A program made the translations under genes and the position numbers. A stretch of 36,372 nt of DNA from Neophaeotheca triangularis (taxonomy: Eukaryota): NCBI GenBank assembly GCA_054600435.1, contig BAAIJX010000006.1, positions 744,001-780,372 on the forward strand, read 5' to 3'. The stretch's first letter is position 1; every line of letters starts with the position of its first letter. Positions 1 to 11,163 of the stretch are shown here, one piece after another. Under the pieces are notes generated by a model. It was not told the DNA's origin and made no database searches. It worked only from the letters and a program-made list of their open reading frames with translations.

Positions 1-2468
1 AAGCGGTATGCTGTGCCTGATAATGTGGATCCTCTTCTGTCCTGCCGTGTGTTTCTGTCTTGCGCAAGGTGGCCAGCGGAGGAACAGACGGACTTCTTCG
101 GCGCGCCTTTTGCCGGCAACACCGTCGCCGGTTGCACAAGACAAGCTGCGCGGTTAGGTGTCAAACTGGAGAGAAGGAGATCCAGTCAGCTGATGTTGCT
201 TGAAATTGCTCGCAACTCCACCAGCTACGTAGTAAACGAATGAATTTCCAGACCGACATCAACGCTCCATCTTGTTACAAATACAGGCGAAGATGGCGGT
301 TTTCCACTCAATCATGATGTCGTTCTAGTCTCGCCCCCATGTCAGACTCGCACAAGTCACCTGATCCCCGCGAGCCTGGTGGCTTGGTGGCTTGGTGGCT
401 TGACGAGATCACAACCCTTCCCTTTCGCTTCGTCTCAAGTTCAAGATCGGTGGGAACCGATACTTCTTGGCCATCTACATGACTTCTTCACAACCCACAT
501 CGCTGGAACCTCGGCGGCGTAATGGGCACGCCGGTCGCCGCGACTTAGATCGATCTATCCGATACTGTGTAAAGCGTCTCCTCTTTTGCTGCACCTAGCC
601 AAATCCACAATAATGGCCAAAGACCTCATCCTTGTCCGGTGATTCGTCCAGCTGTCGTACACACACCCGAGCTGCAAGCCTGCACTTTCTGTAGCCTTGC
701 CGCCTTGTCGGGACACTGCTCGACTGGGGTCGACATGAAGAAGCGTGGGATGAGGTGTGAGGAGTAAATGTGATATATCGGTTATCGGGAACAACTCGAT
801 CAACCGACCAGCACCCTTGTACGTTTTGAAAAAATTCTCACACCTCATCTTGCACGGGAAATGTTATCGATTCGACCTTTCAATCAGGCATGTTGTCACG
901 GAGCTAGACGGCGAGGTACAGAATGTGACTGATTTCAAATCCCTGCCAATGATTGATTAAGCGAAGGAGGATACAGGTGTGAAATGGTAGGTTAGGTCTC
1001 ATCTCTCGAGTCAAAGCTGAGCGCGTGAGGCTCGGCCGTCGCTGCGATACCGCCCGTCTTGTTCAAATGCTCGGTCAATCAAACAGCCCCGGTGCGGCGT
1101 CGCTGGTGCTACTGTGGCACTCGATAGTCCACTGTCTACTTGTGAGATCGCACACGAACGAACCCTCTCACCACTTGCCTTTACATCACACAAGCAAGCA
1201 CCCACGCCCAGAGGGCAATGATCCCGCCCTGTCGGTACAGGCGCAGGAAGCACATCCCTCCAATCCCCTCCCCTCGTTTCACCGCGAGGGCTCACCTTGA
1301 TATTCTGCTTTGCATGAGCTGGCTTGCCCTAGCGCTGGGAGCAACACGAGCTGTTGGGAGAGCTGTACCTGTCGTTCGGACAGGGTTTCCAGTCTTCGCC
1401 CTGCTCGGCCCGCGGAGTGGTTTTGGATGGCATATTTTTGATACAAGGGCCTGGGCGGTGCCGCGATTGCGTAGAGTTCCGTGCGGAGCGCCCTGCTCGC
1501 TCCCTGTTGCGTCCCCGTGGCCTGGCTGGCAGATTAGTTTAGTTCCGATCGGAAGCAGGTGATGTCGGCCGCGGTGCCCGTAGCGCGCACTCTGTAGCGA
1601 TGCCTGCCCTTTTGCGTAAGAAGGTCTTCCCGGCAAAACGCCATATCGGGCGTTTTGGTGTTTGGGGAGTGGATCCTCCCTTGACTGATCTTGGTTGTAT
1701 CGTTGTCAGGGCGAGAGTAGTGGCATTCTGTCGCTTCCGGTACCTGACATGAAGGGAGATCTCGTACCCACCGGCGTGGACGCCCCCGGCTTGTCGTAGT
1801 GCGTAATTGTGTGCAGATGGACGGAGTAGATGGGGCAGGGCCACACACGCGCGCTGTGTATAACTTGACAAGAGCTGCGCTGCTTCTGCTCCTCTCCTGC
1901 TGGCTGGTAATGCGCACCCCGGTCGTCTTCGACGTTACTCTACAGCAAGGAAGAGCACACTCTTTGTTTCGATCGAATCCGCCACGCATCTACGCCGTTG
2001 GGTCCGCGAGCAAGGTTGTTGTCGTTGCGCGCTGATCCCTTTTTCACTTTCTATACCACCTCAGCACCTCACTCAGCTCTACCTTTCTTTCCCCTTTGGA
2101 CGTTGCCATTGTTGCCCGTCTCTGCGTGCCTGATCCCTCAGCACGGTGTATGCCGGTGTTTGAAGTCGAGCTTGCCATTGGTGTGCATGAAAGACGACGG
2201 CAGTTCTCATTCCAGAGTATCAGCACCCCTGTCGACAAGAACCAATACAATCACCACGCGAACATTCGTCGGTCTTTCAAGGAGCACGACGGGTTTCGAT
2301 CGACTCCATCACTTCTCTCTCTCCGACGGCGTGACCATTGCCAGGAGCGACGCCACCGAGCCCCCCGGTTATAACAGCATCTCGGGCTCGCATTAGCTTC
2401 GCAGACGGCGGGTTAATTGAAGCGGGCAGCGGGCAGCGGGTGTTTGCTGCTGCTGGAGGAAGGGAAAG

Positions 2469-2633
2469 ATGATGAATCGGCAGCCAGTAGCGACAGCAAA
2501 CTACTTTGCTGCATACCAACCCCACCATCAGCAACAACCACAACCACAACAACACCACTACCCGCCCACCTACCATGACCCAAACTTTGCCTGCTCGACT
2601 TTGGTATACCGACCATTGCACTCGCAGCAGCAG

Positions 2634-2665
<32 letters not shown>

Positions 2666-4724
2666 TCAACCGCGGCCGCCGCCACCGCCGCAGCAGCAGC
2701 AACATCATCAGCACCACCACCACCAACACCAACGCCCGGCAGACTTGGCCGTAGCGGCCGGCTTCCATACTCCGAGCTTCCGGCAACAACCACACCAGCA
2801 ACTTCACCCGTGCCATCAGCTGAGCGGGCTCCCACAACTTCATCAACCCCAGCCTCACGTCGTCTCTCATCCTCCCAACGCCACGAGCAGACATACCATG
2901 GCATACCAACAATCTCCCGAAGACGAGTTGGCCGAGCTTCAGAAGTTGAGCAACGAATACGAGCCGGAAGCCACGGTACGTTTCTCTTAAACCTTGCCAT
3001 TAAAACGTCGTTTAAAGTTGCCAGCCATATTGGATGTACCTGATTGCGAGAATGCTTGGTTCGACTCGCATTTCTGACAATAGAGTGTATGTAGGGACCC
3101 CTCGTCGGACAACGACAGTCGAGCTCGAACCTCACGACTGAATATGCCACTGCCGACCCGGTCTATCAAGCCAAGACTGCTGTAAGTTGAACATCGCCCT
3201 CTCAATAATAAAGGGAAGAAGACTCGCTGACAGCGTCCAAGGCTCTACCGCAAAAGTATTCACACTACAGGACCGCGAGGGGTGACGGTAGCTGTGGATG
3301 GCGAGGTAGGCATTGCATGCCCGTCCTCATGAAAAAACATCGCTAACGACGAAAAGCCATCGCCTTCGGCTACCTTGAGGCGCTCTTGAACCTCAGGGAT
3401 TCCGGCAAGTTCCTCGAAGAGGAGACGAGACTCAGGTCGCTCAATAATGTTCTCAACGAGGCTGGCTTCGAGCAGTATCTCTACGAAGACTACGTCGACG
3501 AATACTTCACCCTCATGCGACAGCTGGGCAAGGCGCTGCAGGATGGCGATGGTGACGACGTCCTGCACAATGCTTTCAATGACCTCAATCTTCAACACTG
3601 CTTCATCGCCTACATGAGGGTGAGCATATCAGTCTCGTCTTGCATTTCCAATGCTTGAAAGCTAACTTGCGCACTTAGACACTCACTTCTGCATGGATGA
3701 AGACCCATCAAGCCGGCTACGCGCCATACCTGCTTGGCGAAACGATTGATGAGTACTGCAACAACCGTATCATGCCGATCAATAGCGAGATTGAACACGT
3801 TGGTCTTAGCGCCCTGAAAGATGTGCTTCTGTCTCCCGCTGGTATCGCTCTCGAAGTGCTCTACCTAGACCGGAGCTCTGGCGACGAAGCTAGTCTGCAT
3901 CGCTTCGATGCTCACGGGTACAACCTCGCTTTCGTACGCCTGCTGTACCGACCGTAAGTACTTGCGTCGTTGACAAAGTTGGATGCGGAACGGGAACTAA
4001 TACGAGTAAAAGTGGCCACTACGACATCATCTACAAGCCCGAAGACGTGCCGCCTCCGCCAGCTTCAGAGGTCCCGACCTATCTGCAGTATGCCACGCAT
4101 ACGCACCACCAACCTGCTGACCTCCCAGCTGCGCAAGACTTCATGACCATGATTCCAGGCATGTCGTTCGCAAACCCATGTCAAGATTGGATGTCTACTT
4201 CGAGCTATGGTAACTCGGATTTCTTCACCCCTTCGGCGCCAGTTCAGCAACAGTGCAACCAAATGACCCAGCCCATTGCACCCACGCCTCAGGAAATTTC
4301 TACGCGGCAACACGTTGAGTCGCAACCCGTGTACGCACCTCCACCGGCACAGCACATGCCCCCGCCACCCCTCCAGATGGCACAGGACCTCGTTATACGG
4401 CCTGCGCCACATGCTGCGGTGCCACGGGCAAGCTACCACCAGCCGCTAGGTGGGCCTTTCAGACCTTCCATCTGGGAGCTAAAGCCGGGCATTATGGACT
4501 CCACGGCCCAGATGCCCTTTCAGACGGCAATCTTCCGCAAGTAAGTGTATATCAATATCAACCTGTACCCGAGTCTGTGGCTTTCGCTGACCCTTTATCA
4601 CAGCTCTCATTTCAATACAGCGCACTTTCTCAATCCGGACTTCCAGCCGGAAGAGTGGTCGCCTGACGCGGAGTACGTAACGTCGAACAGCAGCAAAGGC
4701 TCGCGACACAAGTCAAGCGGATGA
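2469..4724 (+). CDS. Otubain-type (peptidase C65) deubiquitinase, 7 exons: 2469-2975, 3095-3181, 3242-3305, 3357-3619, 3679-3953, 4013-4540, 4604-4724
   Basis: Splicing restores the otubain catalytic motifs YSHYRTARGDGSCGWRAIAFGYLE and LLYRPGHYDIIY. All six introns have GT donors and CTRAY branch sites, and the phases are consistent. N-terminus is Q/H-rich; an alternative start lies at ATG 2898. Confidence 0.9.
2623..2733 (+). repeat. CAG/CAA/CAT/CAC trinucleotide tract encoding poly-Gln/His (with a short poly-Pro)
   Basis: Read directly; encodes QQQQQQQQQQHQHQHQPRPPPPPQQQQHHQHHHHQHQ. Confidence 0.9.
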
Positions 4725-6712
4725 CCGAGCCAGGTGCGACAGCCTAAGCTCACACCCTCCCACGTCTGCCGGGCTGCACATTCCTCCTCCACAGCATTGT
4801 CAAACCATCACAACACACAGATATAGTATTATGGGCGGCGGCATGCATAGCATACTATCTTTCCCGAAACCCGTCGCACAGGTGTCCCGGGCCCAGGAGA
4901 CCGGACAGAGACAAGCCCACGACGGCGCCAGAGCCTGAACTCCAGACGCAACACCAGCGGTTCGAGCAGGCCGGCCTCGCCGTCCCCCCCAAGCCCGTCT
5001 GTCGTGTACACTGACATCCTCAACGCCATGCACGCTCGCTTCCTACCACCTCGGACAAAATTATCCAACATCCTAACCCCACCGTCCCTCCAACTGCCAG
5101 CCAGCTCTTGGGACGGACATTAACGACAGTTCACGAACTCCAACCACAAGACTTATCGAACCTCAAGGTGACTTAAAACGCAAACAAACAGGCCTGGCCG
5201 ACTCGACTTCGACACCACCTCGTGCGTCCGTCGCGCTTCGCGCCTCAGTAGAACAGCATCACTACGTCTTTTTTTTTTCCTTCACGGGCGTTCGGCAAAC
5301 CGGCAACAAGGGCAGCGACCTAGTTACTCCTACTACTACGGCTTCGTCGTCGACTTTTGGGTTCCTAATCAACCGCAGGCAGCATATCATACCATATCAC
5401 ATCATAGCAAGGCCCGGCGTGGGGGGGTTTAGAGAAAGCATGACTTACGGGCGCCGGCGTGCTGGGTTGAGGGCCTTTAGCGAGGGCATGCGTTCTCGAA
5501 GGGCTTTTACCTTACAGGGGAGGGGGCGGACTGGGCTACAGGACAGGACTATGCAGTATCGACTACTTAGGTAGATTGACTAACCACACTTTCGGCTTTT
5601 TCCGACTCGTCTTTGAACCCTCTTCAACGACGTCCGCGACCCCAACCAATATATGTATTACTCTTGTCGACCGCCACTTGTGTCTCACCAAATCCCTCCG
5701 TTGATCTTGCTACTGATATGATCTCTCACGCCAATTGATCCCGTGGTTTCTTTGTTCAAGAAGGCCGGCCCATTCCCCTCTTGGAATCCCAACACACATC
5801 CCGACAAGAGAGACTTCCAAAACCTAGCGGAACCGGGGAAAGAAAATCACAACCTTCCATTGGGGTGTAAAAAAATCACATACCATGAAAAAAAACAAGT
5901 TTGTACACCTCTGGCCTACACAGCTACTAAGGCGCGCATAACACGCTCGCTTCCCAACACCACCGCGCTCGAAAACGGCAACGACAACAAGCGCAAGCTG
6001 AAGGGGTATGTAGAAAGAAAAAGAAAGGAAAAAAGAGGAGGTTAAAAAAACCCCTTCCCGCTGCACAAAGAAGAAAAACCGACCGCCGCTCTCGAATGCT
6101 CCCTCGCGGACGGGGAAATAGAAGAAAGAAAAGCCCGACTCCATCACGCTTGTCTTCGGCTCGCAGCACGCAAGCCATGTAGCTTCTTTTCTTTCTTTCC
6201 TCCCTCCCTCCCTTTCTCGCTCGCTCGCTCGCTCCTGCTCTCGTTATTACAAAAGACAGCCTCTCGTCGTTATTAATGTAGACCCGGCCCGAAGAACGCC
6301 CGCGCTGGATGCAAGTGTAAGATTTGCGTGTAACCGCGACCGCAGTCAGTCAAGGGTGGACAGTGATGCGCGCTTGCTGGAAATTCAAAATGGTTTGATG
6401 CTTGCGAGAACGCTGGATGCCTTCTTGTTTCGTTTCCGTCTCTCCTTTACCTCGCTTGGATGGCTGTCTGGTTGTTTCGAGTGTTGTGAAGTTTGTAGTA
6501 GATGCTCGAGGTCCCGGAAGGGATGCCTTCCAGGTGGCTGACTCGTGCTAGGGTGGGGTGTCTGACTTGGAGAAGTGGGTATCGCGTGTCTGTTCGACGG
6601 TCTGCGAGAAAGGTTGTTAGTTTCATATGCACATACGGAGGGGAAAGGATTCAAAGGCACTCAAACTCACCCGACCAGACAGCCACAGCCCAGCAGCAGG
6701 AGAAGAAGACTG

Positions 6713-9340
6713 CTAGTCTCCCATCCTCGTCGCCCTCGAACTCCGCTCATCGTCGTCTTCTTCCAGGACATCGCTCAATCTCGTCGGATGATGATGTCGC
6801 GTCTGCAGAGTCTCCCAACCCCCGTACCCCTGGCCCTCGTAGTCGGGTCCTAGAGACCCGTCGTCCCCGGCGCCGGAAGTTGGGGGCGAATAGCTCTGCA
6901 TGGCTTCAGCGCTTGTCGAGGGAATGGTAGGAGCATCGGGTGCGAAGGGCATGTTGCGTTGAGCTTGCTGCTGCGAGGTGCCGTAGCGGGCGGCGTGTTC
7001 GCGCTCCCGGCGGATGTCGGCTTCCGTGTCGTAGTCATCGGAGGACTGGGATCGCGCACGGTTGCGGGCTACAGCGGCGTGGTTGTCGCGGCGAGTTTGG
7101 TCGCTCGGTCGGCGTACGGTGGTGGGTTGGTTGCTTGCATCGTAGCGAATGTTGCCGTGCTGGTCTTGCGCGAACTCGGTGCCGGGTTCAGAGACGGAGC
7201 CGACGTATGAAGGCTCGGAGCGTATGTCCTGTGGCGGTTGCGCTTGAGTGGGTGTCCTTTCTGGCACTCCAGAGGCTTCAGAGGAGTGTAGAGATGTCTC
7301 TTGAGGAGTGTGCTGGTAGAAACGTTGCGCGTCAGCAGATGAGATGGGGATGTTGCCAGATGTGGCCGATGCGGGTTCGTCGGAAGCGCTCTGCTGGCGA
7401 CGCTGTTGACCAGCTGGTAAAACTGTTTGTGCACTGGTGCCGCTTGTCGCTGGAGTACTGCCGAGCGGGTATGGCTGGTATGTCCCAGAAGCTAGGCTCT
7501 GAACGCCAGACTCGTGGTGCAGCGGTATTTGCTGTCGACCGGACTCCGTAAAGGGGTCAGTGTTCGTTGGGCTTGGCTCGCCTTGCTGTTGGTAATACTC
7601 GCGCTCATCGCCCATCTGCTGCCCGCCAGAATTATTGTCAGCTCGTTCAGGACCGCCTCCGCCGTACACATGTTGGCCTTCTCTTGTGGCCGGTCGATTA
7701 CTGCTTCCTGTTCGAGATGGACCGGCAAAGTATGGCACGACCTGAACCCCACTGACGACCGTGATTCTACCTTCTTTAAGGCTCTGACCGGTCTCAACAG
7801 CTTCCTGATTCCTCCTGCCCAACTCCTCCCAAGCTCGACGTGCCTCCTCTTTGGAAATGTTGAGTTCACGCCTCATTTCGGCAACCTCTCTCCGAGCGTT
7901 TTCGACGATGCTATCGTTACTGTTCCGTTTCTGCGCCGCCTGCTCTCGAGCACTCCTCTCTATCTGCAGCTGACTCTCCAATTGAGCTCGTATCTCAGCA
8001 TTCTTTTCGTTGTCTGCTCGAGTCTCGAAGAACCAGCGCTGGAACTTGCGCTCGCTGCTGGCCCGTAATCGCTGCAGCTCAACGACGGCATGGAAAAGGT
8101 TGGCGCCAGCGGCTGACAGGTCAGTAATCTGTCTAGACATCGACGACGCCGAAGGTAACGAGCGGCCAAGCTCCTCGGTGTTCTGTTCCAGTTTCCGTAG
8201 CCAGTAGGATGTGAGGCCCTCCCAGTGGGACGACAATTGTTCCCAGCGCTCGAAGGCGTGTGGGAAGGAAGATGCGTTGGTGTTTCGCTGCTGACCTCCG
8301 TCGCCTTGAGCGTCCGATGTCTGCTGCTGGCTGGTTGGCGCACCAGCGCCAGTCTGTTGTGATGACGAAGCCTGACGGGGCGCGGACTGGCTAGCTTGAG
8401 TGCGCCGCGAGCCTACTGTGGGTTGAGTGGATCGTGTCTGCGATGGCTGTGGCGCGCTCGATACCCTCATCTTCCCGCTCGGAGGCTGCGATTGCGTCTG
8501 GCTTTGACCATAGGGATAACTTGCATCCTGCGACATCCTCCCGGTGGGTTCACCTAGAGCGGCGCCACTAGCAACCTGCCCACTTCCACCGTAGCCATCG
8601 CCTCTGCCAAAGTCCTCGTGATCATCCGTTTGATATTGAGCCGAGTCTTGCCTATGCCTTCCACTACCACCACCACCACCTCTTCGCTCCGCACTCTTTC
8701 TCCTCTCTTCCTGTATACGTCTAAACTCCTCGGCCTTGGCCTCTTCCTGCCTCCTCTCTTCCCGTGCCCTGCGATCTCTCATGATAGCCGTAGGAGTCTT
8801 CACACCAGACGGCGCACCTGATGACACCGGCACTGGGCCACCTGTTCGAGCGCCGCCATTGCTCGCTCTGCCACCTCCCAGGTCAGACATCAGTGCGTTC
8901 TCCTCCTCCAGGTTTGCCGTAAAGGCGTTGGGTCTGCGCAAAGCTTCTTCGAAGGCGTAGTTGATCGCAGATGCGGTGTATTTTGATATGCGAAGAGCCG
9001 GGTGTGGAGAGTAGGATCGACAACGCCAATGCGCTCTGGTAGGTCGACGTTGCGCTTCTGGTCGTGACTTCTCACTTGGCTTGGAAGGGCTAAGCGGACG
9101 TCGTGATCCGAGTGAGGTTGAGCGCAAGTTTGACGGACGGGATGCTTCAAGACGCGGTGAACGTGGCAGCTCACTGCATTCGCTGCCCTCGGGAGACGAA
9201 GATGCTGGCCGTGAAGGATCTTGATATCGTGAACGGTGGTATGCCGAGTCCTGCTCCTGGCGTTGGGCGAGAGAGGTCGTAAATGGTCGTTGGTCAAGAT
9301 CGTGGGGATCGTTAGAAGCAGGTCGAATAGAACGCGACAC
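6713..9340 (-). CDS. Conserved fungal hypothetical coiled-coil protein; start uncertain (first ATG at 8890, frame open to about 9358)
   Basis: 875-codon uninterrupted ORF. It has an ordered core (SFPHAFERWEQLSSHWEGLTSYW...LSAAGANLFHAVVELQRLRASSERKFQRWFFETR), then a coiled coil and a C-terminal HHHPTRLSDVLEED. I recognise this as a Pezizomycotina family of unknown function. Confidence 0.8.
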   Translation of the reverse strand: MSRSIRPASNDPHDLDQRPFTTSLAQRQEQDSAYHRSRYQDPSRPASSSPEGSECSELPRSPRLEASRPSNLRSTSLGSRRPLSPSKPSEKSRPEAQRRPTRAHWRCRSYSPHPALRISKYTASAINYAFEEALRRPNAFTANLEEENALMSDLGGGRASNGGARTGGPVPVSSGAPSGVKTPTAIMRDRRAREERRQEEAKAEEFRRIQEERRKSAERRGGGGGSGRHRQDSAQYQTDDHEDFGRGDGYGGSGQVASGAALGEPTGRMSQDASYPYGQSQTQSQPPSGKMRVSSAPQPSQTRSTQPTVGSRRTQASQSAPRQASSSQQTGAGAPTSQQQTSDAQGDGGQQRNTNASSFPHAFERWEQLSSHWEGLTSYWLRKLEQNTEELGRSLPSASSMSRQITDLSAAGANLFHAVVELQRLRASSERKFQRWFFETRADNEKNAEIRAQLESQLQIERSAREQAAQKRNSNDSIVENARREVAEMRRELNISKEEARRAWEELGRRNQEAVETGQSLKEGRITVVSGVQVVPYFAGPSRTGSSNRPATREGQHVYGGGGPERADNNSGGQQMGDEREYYQQQGEPSPTNTDPFTESGRQQIPLHHESGVQSLASGTYQPYPLGSTPATSGTSAQTVLPAGQQRRQQSASDEPASATSGNIPISSADAQRFYQHTPQETSLHSSEASGVPERTPTQAQPPQDIRSEPSYVGSVSEPGTEFAQDQHGNIRYDASNQPTTVRRPSDQTRRDNHAAVARNRARSQSSDDYDTEADIRREREHAARYGTSQQQAQRNMPFAPDAPTIPSTSAEAMQSYSPPTSGAGDDGSLGPDYEGQGYGGWETLQTRHHHPTRLSDVLEEDDDERSSRATRMGD

Positions 9341-11059
9341 GATGGTTGATTGGCACTCTCAATGCCCTACTATCGCCTCCCCCGTACCCTCTGTACACTT
9401 CCACCACGTTGTCGCAAGCCAATGGCTATGGTTCCGCCAGCACCAAGGCTGGAGGTCGAGATTGATGTCCCGCGTTGCGCTGGGCGGAGAAGCTCGGCAG
9501 AGATGGTGGTGGTGGAGGTATGTGGGAGTGATGATTACGGGGGTGAGCAAGCTTCTCCTACCACTAGCCATCCTCTTTCCCGAAGCGTGCAAACAGACAG
9601 ACTAAGAAAAAGGCTCAAAGGCGTGAGGAGCGTGTTGGGCGTGTATGAAGTGGGAAAGTTTGGGGAGGCTGGTGCTGTGGCTGGCGTGATCTGTGCGTTT
9701 CTGCGATGGAAGCGAACAAACCGGCGCTCGAACACGAACACGCGGGCTGACGCACCTTGGATGGTTTGCAATACCTTACCTCCCTCCGCGCTTGATGGTC
9801 AGGCCGCAGGCGGTATGTTTGTGTATAATTAGCTGGTCAACCGCTCACCGTCTGCCCGTCTGCCGTGTGAGCGCATGCCATGCTGCGTTGGCACCCTCTC
9901 GTCCTCTTCCGCCTACTTTAAAGCCAGGCCAAGCAACGTCGCCTGCCTTGCCTTGCCTACTAGTACCTTAACCTGTGCTCGATGCTTCCTTGCCTCCCTC
10001 CGGTCGAATGCAATAGCCACCTGCAGCCGCCACGCGCTTGAGCAGAGTAGGCGCGACGTCTCTGACTCTTCCGAGGGCTGCGCAGGTGCTGTTGTGAATC
10101 GATCGCAAACGAGCTGTCAGTGAGCATTGGCCTAGAAAGGGTATCAGTGTTGGGCTTCCCACCACGAACGAACGCCTGTTCCGTCAGGTCATCTCCGTGT
10201 AATAACCCAACCACGCTGATGGACTCTTACGAGAACGAGCCCCTGCAGACGCGAACAGCTCGATCAAACGGCCCCCGGCCCAAGCGGACGAAGGATGAGA
10301 ACCATGTCATCATCATCGAGACGGACCGGACTCTCTCGCTGCCAGCGCAGCAATGAGGCGCGAGTACCCAGGTCCCTGCTCGCCTCATCTCCTACCTCCG
10401 TACGACGCCACAGGTGATAGGCGAGATGCTCGAGCTTGTCGTCATGCCCAACGTCAACGATGCAAAGATCAGCTTCCAAAGTGCGACTGCTACGATGGGT
10501 AGATGTTCGTGGAGTAAGAATGAATCGATTCCTGAGACAAGGAATGCTTCTGACCTTTTTTGAAACCACGGCCGGGCAGCTACTTTCCGGCGTGCCTGCT
10601 TGCGGACCAATCATGTTACATAGAGTTCCTCCAGCGTAATCGCGGGGCCTGTCGTTTGGAAAGTGCCTAACAGAACTTCTAACAAGTGACTCTCTGATTT
10701 CTCAATCGTCAACGGACGACAGTCCACGTGTATCTGCCTGTCTGCCCTTATAAGATGCATTGCACGCTTAAGCATTTGTTCTTATATATGGGCGACTAAT
10801 CGTCTACGAGTCGACTCTTCGACATTTGTAAACTCACGGATGATAAAAAAAAGCGATATATCATGTCAAAAAGTGAGAACGTGTTAGGAACATCAAGAGA
10901 ACTCTAGACGTTAAGTTGAAACTCGCTACATACCTAGGTAGGAGTTAGGAGTGTAACACCTCGCTCACTTTTAGAAAAAAAATACGTTCTTATGGAAGAA
11001 CACGCTTTTGTTGAGCAAAAAGATATTTTTTAATCAGGTCAATGTACCTGTTTGAACAG

Positions 11060-11163
11060 CTCGGATACCGGGAGTCGAACCCGGCTCTGCCCGGCGCAGT
11101 AGATCAAGCGGTTGTGAGCCGTGGTCTGAAAGCGGGCGATGCTAGCCGATACACCATATCCGA
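11060..11163 (-). tRNA. tRNA-Glu(TTC) with a 32-nt intron (11095-11126)
   Basis: Reverse complement folds as a cloverleaf: acceptor stem TCGGATA/TATCCGA plus discriminator G, anticodon stem GCCCG/CGGGC, loop CT-TTC-A[intron]C, T-arm CCGGG-TTCGACT-CCCGG. Mature length 72 nt; intron at the canonical 37/38 position. Confidence 0.95.

Noticed and set aside
1..2000. Many short ORFs on both strands and a (TGGTGGCT)x3 repeat near 378-401
   Set aside because: No recognisable motifs, consistent codon bias or splice structure; treated as intergenic or upstream regulatory DNA.
2277..3150. Minus-strand poly-Leu/Val ORFs of 211 and 245 aa that look like membrane proteins
   Set aside because: Antisense shadows of the CAR/CAY repeat in otubain exon 1.
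4725..6712. 2-kb gap considered as a telomerase RNA or other ncRNA locus
   Set aside because: I saw no full TAACCCTAA template or recognisable snRNA/snoRNA motifs. It resembles two long convergent 3' UTRs with homopolymer and (CTCG)n tracts.
9350..9832. 160-codon plus-strand ORF
   Set aside because: Antisense to the leader of the coiled-coil gene; no recognisable domain.
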